Assembly (NCBI RefSeq): GCF_963921235.1
Contig: NC_086097.1
Span: 89,468,001-89,532,000 of the forward strand
Reading direction: 5' to 3'
Source of the DNA: Mobula hypostoma
Taxonomy: Eukaryota
Length of the DNA stretch: 64,000 nt
In this document: piece after piece, positions 1-11,830 of the stretch
Layout of the letters: each line of letters begins with the position of its first letter
Numbering within the stretch: position 1 is the first letter of the stretch
The notes under the pieces: model-generated
The model's input: only the letters and a program-made list of their open reading frames with translations
Databases searched by the model: none
Told to the model about the DNA's origin: nothing
Position numbers and translations under genes: made by a program

Positions 1-167
1 CACAAATTGGACCTTGAGTCTGCTGCTGTCCCTTCGCTTCTCAAATTTCAGTCACAATTAAATTTAACTTATGATTATCTAAGCTGTGATGTCTAACCTC
101 CTCTCTCCCTCTTTCCATTTCCCCACACTTCTTTTGTTCCTCGTGGTGATCTCTCCTTGAACTCCAG

Positions 168-178
168 TTTCTCTAAAG
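168..178 (+). CDS. PLEKHG3: Probable 11-nt coding microexon of PLEKHG3 (xTT TCT CTA AAG = x-S-L-K)
   Basis: Branch-like TCTAAC at 91-96, ~70-nt pyrimidine tract, ctccag acceptor, AAG|gtaaga donor; read as phase 1 to phase 0 it joins the HAGSDGELL exon, giving K-HAGS as in PLEKHG2/3 proteins. Confidence 0.65.
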
Positions 179-989
179 GTAAGAGCAGCGCTTTCTTTTC
201 CTTTCAGCAAGTTGCTATTGTTACTTTTTACTTAACTTAAACGTCGGTGCTGATTAGTCACTCGTGTAATAATTGAAGCCTTCAGTGTTAGTCTTGTGTA
301 GGAGTTGACTGGTTCGCGGGCCCCTGAGCTGCCCTCCATGTATCAGGCCAAGATGGGGAGTGGTGGGGTGTCTTGGAGAGAAGGGGCTGTTTGACTCTGC
401 AATGTGTCATGTGTCTTCATGTATGCATAGACCTTATGTGAATGTTCATTTACCCCTCCACCTCAAGTGGGGGTGCTGAAGAGAACTCCAGTAGCTACAC
501 TGCTCTCCGACTCTGCGATCATGCGATCTCTGACTTTTATGAGCTTCGAGCATGGAGTTAGTAACAACCTGTACTGCAATATCTTGCTGTTGGAACCAAG
601 GAGTTTAGTCCGAAACAACATCTGAGACAAATTGAGACATCTGGGAAAACTCTCCTTACATATTGATCTGTAGCCTCCCTTGGATTTTTCCTCTTTTCCA
701 CCCACCCCCATACTTCCTCTTACAAGGGGAATCGGGTTCTCTGACTTGTTGACTTTCAGAGAATAGGTTGCAACTTGGCTCTAAATCTGTACTCTTTTTG
801 CTCTGTTTACACTAGTGAGAGCTCCATCTTGCTGACTGACCAAAGCAGTGCTTTCCTTTTCAGATGACAGCCCCCTTCTTCATTTGGAATTCATGACATA
901 AATAAGGTTGTGATGAACAATTTATTTAGTGCACTCATCTGACCTGGCATTGTGATCACGTTGACCAAACTGGTGCCAAATTACTTTAG

Positions 990-1390
990 GACCATAAGGC
1001 GTAGGAGCAGAATTAGGCCATTCGGCCTATCAAGTCTGCTCTGTCATTTCATCATGGCTGAACCATTTCCCCCTCAACCCCATTCTTCTGCCTTCTCCTC
1101 ATAACCGTTCATGCCATAACTAATCAAGAACTTGTCACCTCCACTTTAAATACACCCAATGAGCTGGCCTCCACAGCTGTCTGTGGTCATGAGCTCAACA
1201 GATTGGCCACCCTCTGGCTTTAAAAAAAAAATCTTCCCTGTATCTGTTCTAAATGCACATCCGTCTAACCTGAGGCTGTGCCCCTTTAGTCCTAGACATC
1301 CCCACTGTAGGAAACATCCTCTCCACGTCCGCTCCATCTAGCTTTTGAACATTCGATAAGTTTCAATGATATCCCCTCTTCCCCCATTCT
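990..1390 (-). mobile_element. Decayed CR1 LINE 3' fragment
   Basis: Resembles the 3' end of the younger CR1 copy at 11125-11830 (taggagcag..ggccattcggcc..atcatggctga). Confidence 0.7.
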
Positions 1391-2519
1391 CCCCCTGCCC
1401 CACCATGGATCCGGACGAGCAATATGACTGTTGTCTAGGCTGCCCTGCTCACTGCACTTGTGATCTCGCTCCCCAGCTCCTGACACCAGATGGCTATCCT
1501 TGCCTAAGCTGACAAATGTGAGTGAGGTTGGTGTTTCACAGTACTGTAGTAGGAGCCTCCTTGCTGGCCGAATGAATGGTTGATTATTGTGCCCATGTAT
1601 CTAAACATTCGGGTGTTTGATAGCATCTTGTGTTATTCTTGCTATATATCCCTTGGTTCCTTCAGGCACAGGGTAAGAACATGAGAGCAGTGGCTGGGTA
1701 TCTCTCTGTCCGTTATCAGGCACTCACAAACCTAACCTCATCCTCTGGGGCCTACATGTGTTGGGCCCCATGAAAATCCTAAGCGGATGGGACCAAAAGT
1801 ACTCTAGGATGGTGTTGGTATTAGGCCAGAGGCATCAGTGGCCAATCTAATGGTTAGCATTGTCGTGGAAATGAGACTGAACATTAGAGTCAGATGAATA
1901 TATTCTAAAAATGAGAAATAATAATTGAAGATTAGATCTTTAATGTATTCAGGAAGGTTTATGGGTCATCCTCGGTGCTTTGGAGAACATTAATAGTATA
2001 TTTGAAGGAAGATGTCTGCTTTCTCACTGTGCCACTGTCATATGTATTTAAGGTGATAGGTTGATAGGTTCTTGATCAGTAAAGGGATTAAGAGTTCTGG
2101 GGAGAATAAAACTGGGGGAAAAAATCAGCCATGATTGAATGATGGAGCATATTTAGTGGGTCAAATGGACTAATTCTGTTCTTCTAATCTTCTAGTCCGA
2201 TGGCCAGGTAAAGGTATCCAGTAAAGGTGTGAGCACCCCAAGAACAGCCCATGTTAATTTGCAGGCCACCAGCCCCATTCAAATGAGACGTCTTCTCAGT
2301 TGCCTTCAGACTCGGCATTAGTACCGGAGGCCTATAGTCAGGGGAGGTTTGTGGAACTCAGATTGCCTATAAACCAAAATATGATCGTGAATGAAATAGT
2401 TACTGGACTGCAAGACCAACAGGGAGCCTTCTAGAAGTGTGTTGGATTTCCTAATAACTTCTCCAACCTTATTGCAACTAAGGAGCAAATGTACACACTG
2501 AAAAGTTCCCACCACTGCC

Positions 2520-2720
2520 TGTAATGAGTTTGTGCATTCTCCCCATGACTCTTGGGTTTCCTCCAGGTGCTCCGGTTTCCTCCCAAAGACGTACCGGTTG
2601 GTAGGTTAATTGGTCATTGTAAATTGTCCCGTGATTAGGTGAGGGTTAAGTCAGGGGCTTGCTGGGCAGCGCGGCTGGAATGGCCTATTCCATGCTGTAT
2701 CTCAATAAATAAATAAAAAT
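2520..2720 (+). mobile_element. V-SINE (HE1-like) fragment
   Basis: V-domain-like ttctcccc..gggtttcctcc..gctccggtttcctccca, then ggttaattggtc..taaattgtccc and an (aata)n tail; related copy at 57160-57400 (-). Confidence 0.7.
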
Positions 2721-3599
2721 TAATAAGCCAACCTCTTCAGAAATAACATTGATAATATAGGATTAAAATGAGCCAGGATTTCAACTTGCTTGTAAATGAT
2801 GTTGTCATTCAGCCACTTCCTAAACTTTAAAATACACTCTTTTATATGAAGCTGACAGGTTCCGGAATTTATGTCTGTAGAATTGGAAGGAAGCTAGCCA
2901 GAGCAGATGACATTGCTTGGCATGTATTTCAGATGACTGCTGGCTACAGTCTATCTGTTGAAGACAGATTCCAAATATACTGTCATGTGCTTGCTCCTCA
3001 GAAGCCTGTCCCTAGCTGTTCCATCAGTTCTCAATCCAGACTGCTGGATATATAAGTCAATGTGCTGAGATGGATACAATGGCAGAGGCTAGTACATTAG
3101 CAAAGGCGATATGAGAAGATTGCAAGATGATGGTGCTTGTTTTCTGTTTCTTGTCACATTTATAGACTAGTATACTAATACTTACATTTATGTTCAGTTT
3201 TGGGTAATAGTTTAGGAGTCTGCTGAGAATGCTTTTGCTTATCTTGAAAATAAGATCTTTCATTTCAACCTGAGAGGTAGTTAAGAGCTTGAGTTGCCAG
3301 ATAAAATGATGCAACTAAAGTGGTTTGGTAGGTCAGTTAGTTTCTGCCATTTTGATATAGAATTGTTATCCCACCGAGGATGGATAGGGTAAAGAAGGTA
3401 TTAAATTGTGCTTGAGATGGCGGTCGGTTATCGTTCATTTAGGGTCTTTAAGGATGGTCAATAAATTTTGCCCTTGGTAGCATTGCCCAGATCTTGAAAA
3501 GTGATTAAATGTGAACAAGTAAGAGGATGTGACTTTTGCATCATTCCAAATACTTCAAACCAAAGAAGTACTGTTGAAGCATGCTAACATAAGAGATGT

Positions 3600-3860
3600 A
3601 ATTATTGCTGAATCATCTCTGCTATCAACATTATTGATGAATAAATATTGTCCAGAAGACTGGTGAGAGCCCTTCAACTAATCTTCCAAACAGGATCTTT
3701 TATTTCTGCCTGAGAGATAGATAGGGGGCTTGGTTTGTCAGACCTGAACATGTTAATTCAGCATTCTCTCACTGGAGTAATCACTTCGACTGTGCCCTCG
3801 GGCTTCATGAATTGGACGTGAACCCACAATCTTTTGCGTCAGGGATGAGTTACAATGATG
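3600..3860 (-). mobile_element. Ancient SINE remnant (Deu-domain/SacSINE-like); similar remnants near 21160-21450 and 23250-23500
   Basis: Degenerate shared blocks (aaatattg..cag, ggatcttt, ggttt, cagca..ccctca, gaacccacaa) recurring in the window. Confidence 0.4.
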
Positions 3861-4226
3861 GCATATGGGGTCGGCGAATGACTATTTGTCTGTTTTTGGT
3901 GCTCAGTCTTGCACCAACGGAAATAAAAGCATCAGGCATGTTTAAGAACCCGAGTTCAAACTGGTGCAACTGCCCCAGGTAATAATCTTATCAGTACTAT
4001 CTGCTTTTGACTTGGAGCAACTGGAATCTACATTTACAAATGAGCGTAAGGTGGGAATACTTTATGTTACACTAGGAATCATAACTAGCGCTAATGAAAG
4101 AAAATATCAGGTTAATCTTTACCAGTGATTATCTACAATGATTACCATATTGAAAGGAGACAGAATGTCTCCAAGTTAAAGTCTCAGTGTGTGTTTTTAA
4201 CGAAATCATTTGACCCCTTCAAACAG

Positions 4227-4562
4227 CATGCAGGCAGCGATGGCGAGCTCCTGGGCAATAAAGACTCCATGAACTCTCTGGCGGTTGTCAGTGCTCGGGG
4301 GTCTAGCACGAGCGAGCCGGAAAGCGAGAGGCATGACAATGATGATGACCTGGCCCACAGCAAGGACTCACTGAACCTCCTGAATGCAAGTGACTCGGAG
4401 GAACTGGCCAGAGGTACTGATCTTGCCTTAGAAGACATGGATCCAGAAGAGGAGTTGATGATAGAGGGCGACCAGGTAGCCGACTTTGCCAGCTCATTGC
4501 TGGCTGCCATCTCCTGCTGGCACTATAGAGCCAGGGCTTTGCTTTCTGCTAAGTTCTCTACG
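4227..4562 (+). CDS. PLEKHG3: PLEKHG3 internal exon (HAGSDGELL...VADFASSLLAAISCWHYRARALLSAKFST)
   Basis: aaacag|CAT acceptor, ACG|gtgagc donor, 336 nt phase 0-0; the VADFASSLLAAxxCWHYRAxALL motif is recognisable from PLEKHG3. Confidence 0.9.
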
Positions 4563-4944
4563 GTGAGCGCCTCTATTTCTGTCTTTCTCTCTGCTCTCCC
4601 GCATGGAAAAAGCCCATGGCTGTCTGCGCCGCTGTTTTGAACCAGCTCAAAGTGACTACACCACTAACTTCTTAACCCTGCTGCTTGTGTTTGCTGCCGC
4701 TATTCCCAGCATGCTCCAGGGATGATTACTAAGACGAGGAATTCATTGGACAATTCAGCAGGTTTGCATGTCACTACCTATGTATCTAGATCAATAAGCA
4801 CCCCAAATGTCAAGCCAAGAGACCATTAACCCATGGTTAATGCAGGTGACAGTTACTGCGTTGACCATTGCTGATTAATTTAAGAACTGAACTTAATTCA
4901 AATCAATCACAATTAACTGGATGAACATAGCCATCCACATCTGG

Positions 4945-5180
4945 AGATACGAGACTGCAGATGCTGGATTAACACATGAAGTGCCGCAGGAACTCAGTGC
5001 ATCTTGCAGCAGCTGTGGAGAGAAAAGGATGGCCACAGTTTCAGGTCAAGATCATCTTCATTTGGCTGATGAAGTCCAGGTGAATGGTCTTGACCCAAAA
5101 CACGACCTGTCCATTTCCCTGCACAGAAGCTGCCTGACCTGCTGAGTTCCTTTGGCACTATGTTTGTGACTCCTGCATAC
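4945..5180. mobile_element. Fold-back element made of two inverted PLE 3' ends
   Basis: Left arm (gcagatgctgga..ggaactcag) is the reverse complement of the PLE tail; right arm (gctgcctgacctgctgagttcc) is the tail in sense orientation. Confidence 0.6.
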
Positions 5181-5207
5181 TAATTATGCAGGAGTCACAA
5201 ACATAGT

Positions 5208-5666
5208 CTGGGTAGCCTCCTACCTGATGGCATGAACGTTGACTTCTTTAACTTCTGTACCTTCGTACCCCATCCCTTATTTATTTATTATTATTTATTT
5301 TTTTCCCTTTTTTTCTCTCTCTTTTTTCTCCCTCTGTCCCTCTCACTATAACACCTTGCCTGCTCTCCATCCCCTGGGCTCCCCTCCCGCTTTCTTTCTC
5401 CCTAGGCTTCCTGTCCCATGATCCTGTCCCTTCTCCAGCCTTGTATCCCTTTTGCCAAAAAACTTTCCAGCTCTTAACTCCATCCCTCCCCCTCCTGTCT
5501 TCTCCTATCATTTCGGATCTCCCTCTCCCCCTCCCACTTTCAAATCTCTTTCTATCTCTTCTTTCAGTTAGTCCTGATGAAGGGTCTCAGCCTGAAAAGT
5601 CGACTGTACCTCTTCCTATAGATGCTGCCTGGCCTGCGGCGTTCACGAGCATTTTTTGTGTGTGTT
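5208..5666 (+). mobile_element. 5'-truncated Penelope-like element tail
   Basis: Colinear with 50780-51230 of the RT/GIY-YIG element. Confidence 0.85.
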
Positions 5667-8627
5667 ACTGAGTATCAGTTCAGTTTTTAAAACAGGGCTT
5701 ATTGGCTGAATGACTGGCAAGATTCTTTGACAGCGGTTCAAGTCAGCACTGAACTTGATAGTACGCTGTTTGATGTTCAAAAGATTTTTAAGTTAGTTAG
5801 TTTGGGCAACCTTGCACCAATAATGTATGGACTTGTCTCCACAGTGTAAATTAGACTGTAGATGGAAGCAGCTCCCAAAAATTGCACCGATTTGCTTGAG
5901 GGAGGATGATGGTGGTTAACATGGACAAGGAAAATGTCATATGGTGCATTAAGTAAGCTGTTCTCATGAGTTAAGAGCTTAAAGCTATCTTTTGTGCTGA
6001 ATGTATCTGACTTTGGGGGGGGGGGGTGATCAAGTGGTCTAAAGAGAGATTCACTCAGCATTTAAGCTATTCTTTGCCAGGCAGAGTTTGATGGGACAGT
6101 GTTGAGGGAGTTTGCTCTATATTTGATCTGTCATGGACCTGACATGGAAGTTTTCAAAGGAACAGTTTCAAATAGGTTTTACTCTACAACTGTCTTTCAA
6201 AAGCTTTATGCTTGCCTAATATAACAGTCTGGAATGGGAATTCTGTGGCGTTACCAATTAGATGTTAAATAATTAAATTGGAAAGGATTATTTTTTTGAC
6301 TATTTAAAGAAAGAATGTTACAGTCGGCAACTCTGCATGGCCGTGTGTTGGCCCCAAATTCTGGTGGTGATGAAGAATCAAGCTCTCCCCCTCATACCCC
6401 AACAAAAGATCCTACCCCAACTGCACTACCAAAACTCTTGATTCTTTTCCCACCTCAACAGGCTGATTTTGGACACCAGAATATGACTCAAGTTGCCCCA
6501 ATTTAGTCTGAAAGAAAAGGGGATTCTGCAGTGTTGTAAAGTGTAGGATGGAGATTGCTAGACCTTTATTTGGATTTGGGCTTTTGGCTTTTATCGCCGT
6601 TGTGTAGACTGGATATGAAGCCCGGCTTTAGAGGTGGAAATTTGATGCCTGATCAACTGCACCACAGAAATTTCCAAATGGGAGCTTCAACACAACAGGC
6701 AATTTGATTGAATCGGTCCATACCAACACTTACCCTAAAAAAAAACAGTGTATCAGTCCTAGAATTTTATCCACCTATCCAATGATACATCATTTTGCTT
6801 CATTGCCATCCCCAATGTCAGTTCTGTATACCCTCTTGGTCCCTGTCTTAAACTTCTGTGTTTAATATTGCACCAGTGGCTCCATTGTTAAAGCCTTGTG
6901 AATAACAGTTTTCTTATATCAATCATGTACCATCCTTTCAGACTTAATATTATCATATTTTGTCTTCTGCATTGTCTGATTTTTTTTTTGGTGGAGAGGG
7001 AGGTGAAAGAAGAGTTTTAATGAATATAAGCATAAAAAACTTAAAATAATCAGCGCAGGCAGTATCTGTGGAGGGAAAGAGTTGATGTTTTAGGTTATAA
7101 TAACTTTTCATTGGAAATATCAGGCCAATGACTTGAAACGTTAACTTTACTTCTTTTACCACAGATGCTGCCTGACATGCTGAGGGTTTCCAGCATTTTC
7201 TCTTTATTTCAAGATTCCAGCATCTTCATTTTTCTTCTGCTCTTTCCTTCACAATGCTTTTCATGTCTTTATTATTGATCTGCATTGTAACCTCTTGATG
7301 GGTTTGACATCCTTCCTGTAGAAAGGAAAAAATACACTCCACGACACTCTTAAGTGATATCTAATTGGGGATTTTAATCCTGCATGTGATTTTAAACACC
7401 TAAATGCATTTGCTTTAATGACCTTATCAGCTTGAGGTAATGCATTTGGCATCCTGTCAGCTTGAGTCCCTCTGCCACAGCACTAAGCTGTCTCGTATAC
7501 ACAGTCACTGCCACTGATTTCTTTTTAATGACTATATGACCTTGTATTTATTGCTACTGAGCACCCACCTACTGCAATTAAGCACACTCACCCATTGCAG
7601 CCTTCCAAGGAAGTAAGAAAAGCTATTTTGCTGATGTTTGTACGCTTTAACATGACCGGCCTAGGCTTTTGTCCAGGACATTGGCTCGCACGGGGTGAAC
7701 ATTACTCTTGGTAATACCAATGTCTGCCCCCGACTACTCTGGAAAAACAATCCTAGCCTTCAAATACTTACTTTCTCCTTGCTATTCACCTTTAAATCTT
7801 GCTTGTTATCTGCTTATTCTATAAACATTGAGCTACACCACATGCTTTTGCAAAATCTTTTAAAATTAAAAGTCATTTTGTGCTGTACTACTCTGCTGTG
7901 GCTTTTTCTCACTATATACGACTAGATAGTATCTTACCTTATCACTCTTTTGCCTTTTGTTGTTCATTACACTTCGTATTTGGATTTCAAACTTTGCTAT
8001 GCTGCTTTAGTGATTCGGATTTTCTTAGTTTGTTCTACTTAAAGTTATTTTTATCATCTACTTTATTTAACACTAGCTCTTCGCCCCCACTTTACTGCCA
8101 CCATCTCAACATTTCCCTCACTTAATTCTTGATTCCTTTATCCTTTTTTCTTACGTTTTCATATCAATTCACTTGCTGATGGATCTTTTAAGTGATTGTG
8201 GATAAACAGAATTAATGGTCAGCTGAAGAATCAAATAAGAGAGAGAAAATTGCAACTGAAGATGCAAAATCAGTACAGGAAATAACATGCAGCATAAACA
8301 CTCAGAGTAAAGCGAGTTTTGCACCAGCCATGTTACTTTTAATGTTGCTGTAATCTTGTTCAGCCGTACATAATTCGCATGTTTGCTTCTAACGGTGCCA
8401 TTAATCTAACCTGTATTTAACAGAACAATCCAATTATTGGGTAGGCTCATCAGGGACACGATTAGACTTGTGGGAAGGGATCTAGGGCTAAGAGACCTGT
8501 GGGCCTGCACTTTTGACTCTGATGCGTGCAGGGGGATGAGTGGAGTGAACTGCATCTTTCCTGTTTCAGGCCAGTCCCCACCAATCACAGCCTGTTGCTC
8601 AACACTATTTATGATGTCTTTTAGCAG

Positions 8628-8744
8628 GCTGAGAACCCTGCTGAGCTACCGGAAGCCAAAGGATTCAAACGGCAGAACAGCCAGCCATCCGCAAATGCTG
8701 AGAAGCGGTGTGTCCGGGAAGCCGATAGCAGTGTGTCTGAAGAG
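8628..8744 (+). CDS. PLEKHG3: PLEKHG3 internal exon (AENPAELPEAKGFKRQNSQPSANAEKRCVREADSSVSEE)
   Basis: ttttagcag acceptor, GAG|gtacgt donor, 117 nt open, phase 0-0 compatible with both neighbours; not in the ORF track in this frame. Confidence 0.75.
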
Positions 8745-9030
8745 GTACGTACAAGGAAAAAGAAAGATTTGAGTTTGGAGTGTCCATTTGTTGTCCATTT
8801 CAAGCATTCCAAGGTGCTTTTCAGTTCATGTAATACTTCGAAATGTCACTTTATCAACATGGCAAATGCGGCAGTTAATCTGAGGAATGCCCAGAGATTA
8901 GACCCTTTCGCATATGTTCCTTTGCTGTAAATATTCCATCTGTATTGAAATATTTGCAACCGTTCCTTAGCAATTTCTAATTATTAGTGTTCCTGCCTTC
9001 TTTTTATATTAGTTTCCTGTTCTAATTCAC

Positions 9031-9242
9031 GTTTTTTTTTGGTCCTTTACACGCCTTGCAGTGCATTGGGCGGCAACCTTGCCGTTTCTTTTAGCATTTG
9101 TCTTTTTTTTTTTAACGGGGTCAAGTTGCTAGCTCGACGCTCAATCCAGCATGGATGGAAAGCGTGCAAGGAGTGGCCAGATGCAAACCCAGGACCACTC
9201 GCCTGTGAGTCTGGTGCGGATGTCACTTCACCACCAGCTGGC
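9031..9242 (-). mobile_element. tRNA-derived SINE
   Basis: On -: A-box-like TGGTGAAGTGA and B-box-like GGTTTGCATCT at the head, poly-A tail; flanked by ttctaattcac/ttctaatttac (9020-9030, 9243-9253) TSD. Confidence 0.7.
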
Positions 9243-10479
9243 TTCTAATTTACAGCCCTCATTTAATGCACCAAAAATGCTGAAGACCAATTTCTGGGCA
9301 TTTTTTTTTACAAAAAACGGAATGACTATGGCTCCATATACTAGGGCACGGCATCCCCTGCTACAGAGAGATTGTGTTCCTAGAAAGCAGCCTAAATCTT
9401 GTTTTTATCCATAATGTGAAACTGCACATTATGTCTGTGTGTGCATCAAGAAATGTGAATTGCAAGATAGAAATGTGTTTTTTTACTAATTCTATTATAA
9501 TGAATTTTATTCTGTATGTCAAAACTTTGGGTTATGACTTGTGAATTCTTTTAGGACAAATCTCTTTTACTCAAATGACTGTAAGGCAAGGGTTGCAGTA
9601 ATGTTGATTGTGAGGCAGATGCTGACCAGGAAGATGGGGAGAGCTTCCCTATCATTCATTAAAGGGACTTCAGACCTATAAGATGCTTGACTGAAAAGTG
9701 ACCACTTCTGATCAGGCAGCTTGGAGTCAGCAAATGCTTCATGCTTTGCTTACCTTGAAAGAGATTAAAACTTGGCCCCCTGTGATCCACTCCATGGGGA
9801 TTTGCTGGAGGGAATCACTCCAAGCAAAGCAAAGAAAGCCCACCCCTCTACACATTCAACCATTTCCGCGTAACTGCTTCGGAGGGAGGCAAAGTGAGGA
9901 GAAGATGAGCGGCAGCAATGACTGTACCTTGCCTTTATTTTTCTTCTTAAGTATAATGTAGTAACCAGTCTGCTTTTGAAATGTCAGACCTAGATTTTTA
10001 TGTTCACGATGCTGAAATGGGATTTAACCCACAGCCTTGTGATCTAGAGGTGAACGTCCTGAAAGTGAGCTACCTACTCTGAGGTCTCTCCCCAGAGAGA
10101 GTTTCAGAAGAAAACATCACAGACTGAGATGTCAAGTGTTGCAGTCCTGAGGTTACTCTGTACATCGGTCAGCGTAGACATGGTGGGCCGAAGGGCCTGT
10201 TTCCTGTGCTGTACAACCCTATTCCTATCGTCAGCGATTGCTGGATAGTGACCAGGACCATTGGCTAATTCAAATGGACTTGCTGAAACTTTGCAAGCAG
10301 CCTCTGATGCCTCTGCAACCACGACACTTCACATTTCTTTAGCGGCTTTGGCTCGGTAAAGCATCTCCAGCAGTTTAGAGGAACTTGATCAGAACAATTC
10401 CGTCCTCATAATGAGGTGTTAGACTAAGATGGTTTAGGAAGAGGTATTTTTTCCCTGATTGCTGGAAGAAAATTGTACT

Positions 10480-11124
10480 GGGCCATCATAGAGTCATACA
10501 GCATGGAAAGAGCCCTTTGGCCCAACTCAACTTTGCTGAGTGTGTTGCCCAGAAAGCTGGTCCCATCTTCCTGCATTTGGCCCATAGTCCTCAAAATCTG
10601 TTGTATCCATGTAGTTATCAGGATGGCATTTAAACATTGCTTCTGTGCCCACCTCCACCACTCTTTTACAACTCATTCGAAATATGCACCACCCTTTGAG
10701 TGAGGAAACTGTTTCTGATATTCCTTTTAAATGTTCCACCTCTGATATTAGACCTATGCTCTCTTGTTTTTCCCACACCTCTTCCCTGGGGATATCACTT
10801 CGTGCTTTCGCCCTGTCCATGACCTTCATGATCTTATATATCACTATCAAGTCACCTTTTAATACCATACCTTCCAAGGAATAAAGTCCTAGTCTACATA
10901 ACCACACTTCAGGTCCCCAAGTCCAAACATTCTGGTAAATCTTTTTGGTAATCTTTCTAGCTTAATAACATCGTTCTTGTAAGAAGGTGACGAAAAGTGT
11001 ACACAATACTCCAAGTACGGCCACACCAATGGAGCCAGTTATGGATCTAATCAACTTGCTCTGCTGGATTCCATGCAAGCTAACCTTCCAGACCATTATC
11101 AAAGGCCTTGCTACAGTCCATATA
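10480..11124 (-). mobile_element. Old CR1 LINE fragment (resumes at about 11830-11960)
   Basis: ORF 10527-10907 RLGLYSLE..GDLIVIYKIMK is the decayed CR1 ORF2 C-terminus. Confidence 0.75.
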
Positions 11125-11830
11125 TAGAAACATAGAAACATAGAAAATAGGTGCAGGAGTAGGCCATTCGGCCCTTCGAGCCTGCACCGCCATTTATTAT
11201 GATCATGGCTGATCATCCAACTCAGAACCCTGCCCCAGCCTTCCCTCCATACCCCCTGACCCCTGTAGCCACAAGGGCCATATCTAACTCTCTCTTAAAC
11301 ATAGCCAATGAACTGGCCTCAACAGTTTGCTGTGGCAGAGAATTCCACAGATTCACCACTCTCTGCGTGAAGAAGTTTTTCCTAATCTCGGTCCTAAAAG
11401 GCTTCCCCCCTATCCTCAAACTGTGACCCCTCGTTCTGGACCTCCCCAACATCGGGAACAATCTTCCCGCATCTAGCCTGTCCAATCCCTTTAGGATCTT
11501 ATACGTTTCAATCAGATCCCCCCTCAATCTTCTAAATTCCAACGAGTACAAGCCCAGTTCATCCAGTCTTTCTTCATATGAAAGACCTGCCATCCCAGGA
11601 ATCAATCTGGTGAACCTTCTTTGTACTCCCTCTATGGCAAAGATGTCTTTCCTCAGATTAGGGGACCAAAACTGCACACAATACTCCAGGTGTGGTCTCA
11701 CCAAGGCCCTGTACAACTGCAGTAGTACCTCCCTGCTCCTGTACTCGAATCCTCTCGCTATAAATGCCAGCATACCATTCGCCTTTTTCACCGCCTGCTG
11801 TACCTGCATGCCCACTTTCAATGACTGGTG
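11125..11830 (-). mobile_element. Young 5'-truncated CR1 LINE
   Basis: Open ORF2 C-terminus (LVRPHLEYCVQFWSP...RGHSLRI...FFTQRVVNLWNSLP) and an 8-bp (ctatgttt)n tail. Confidence 0.93.

Noticed and set aside
863..896. Acceptor-like ttttcag followed by ATG
   Set aside because: Early stops, no convincing donor and no PLEKHG similarity
4125..4640. ORF-track starts at 4125, 13998 and 18227 as independent genes
   Set aside because: They are phase-compatible exons of one spliced gene, extended into introns
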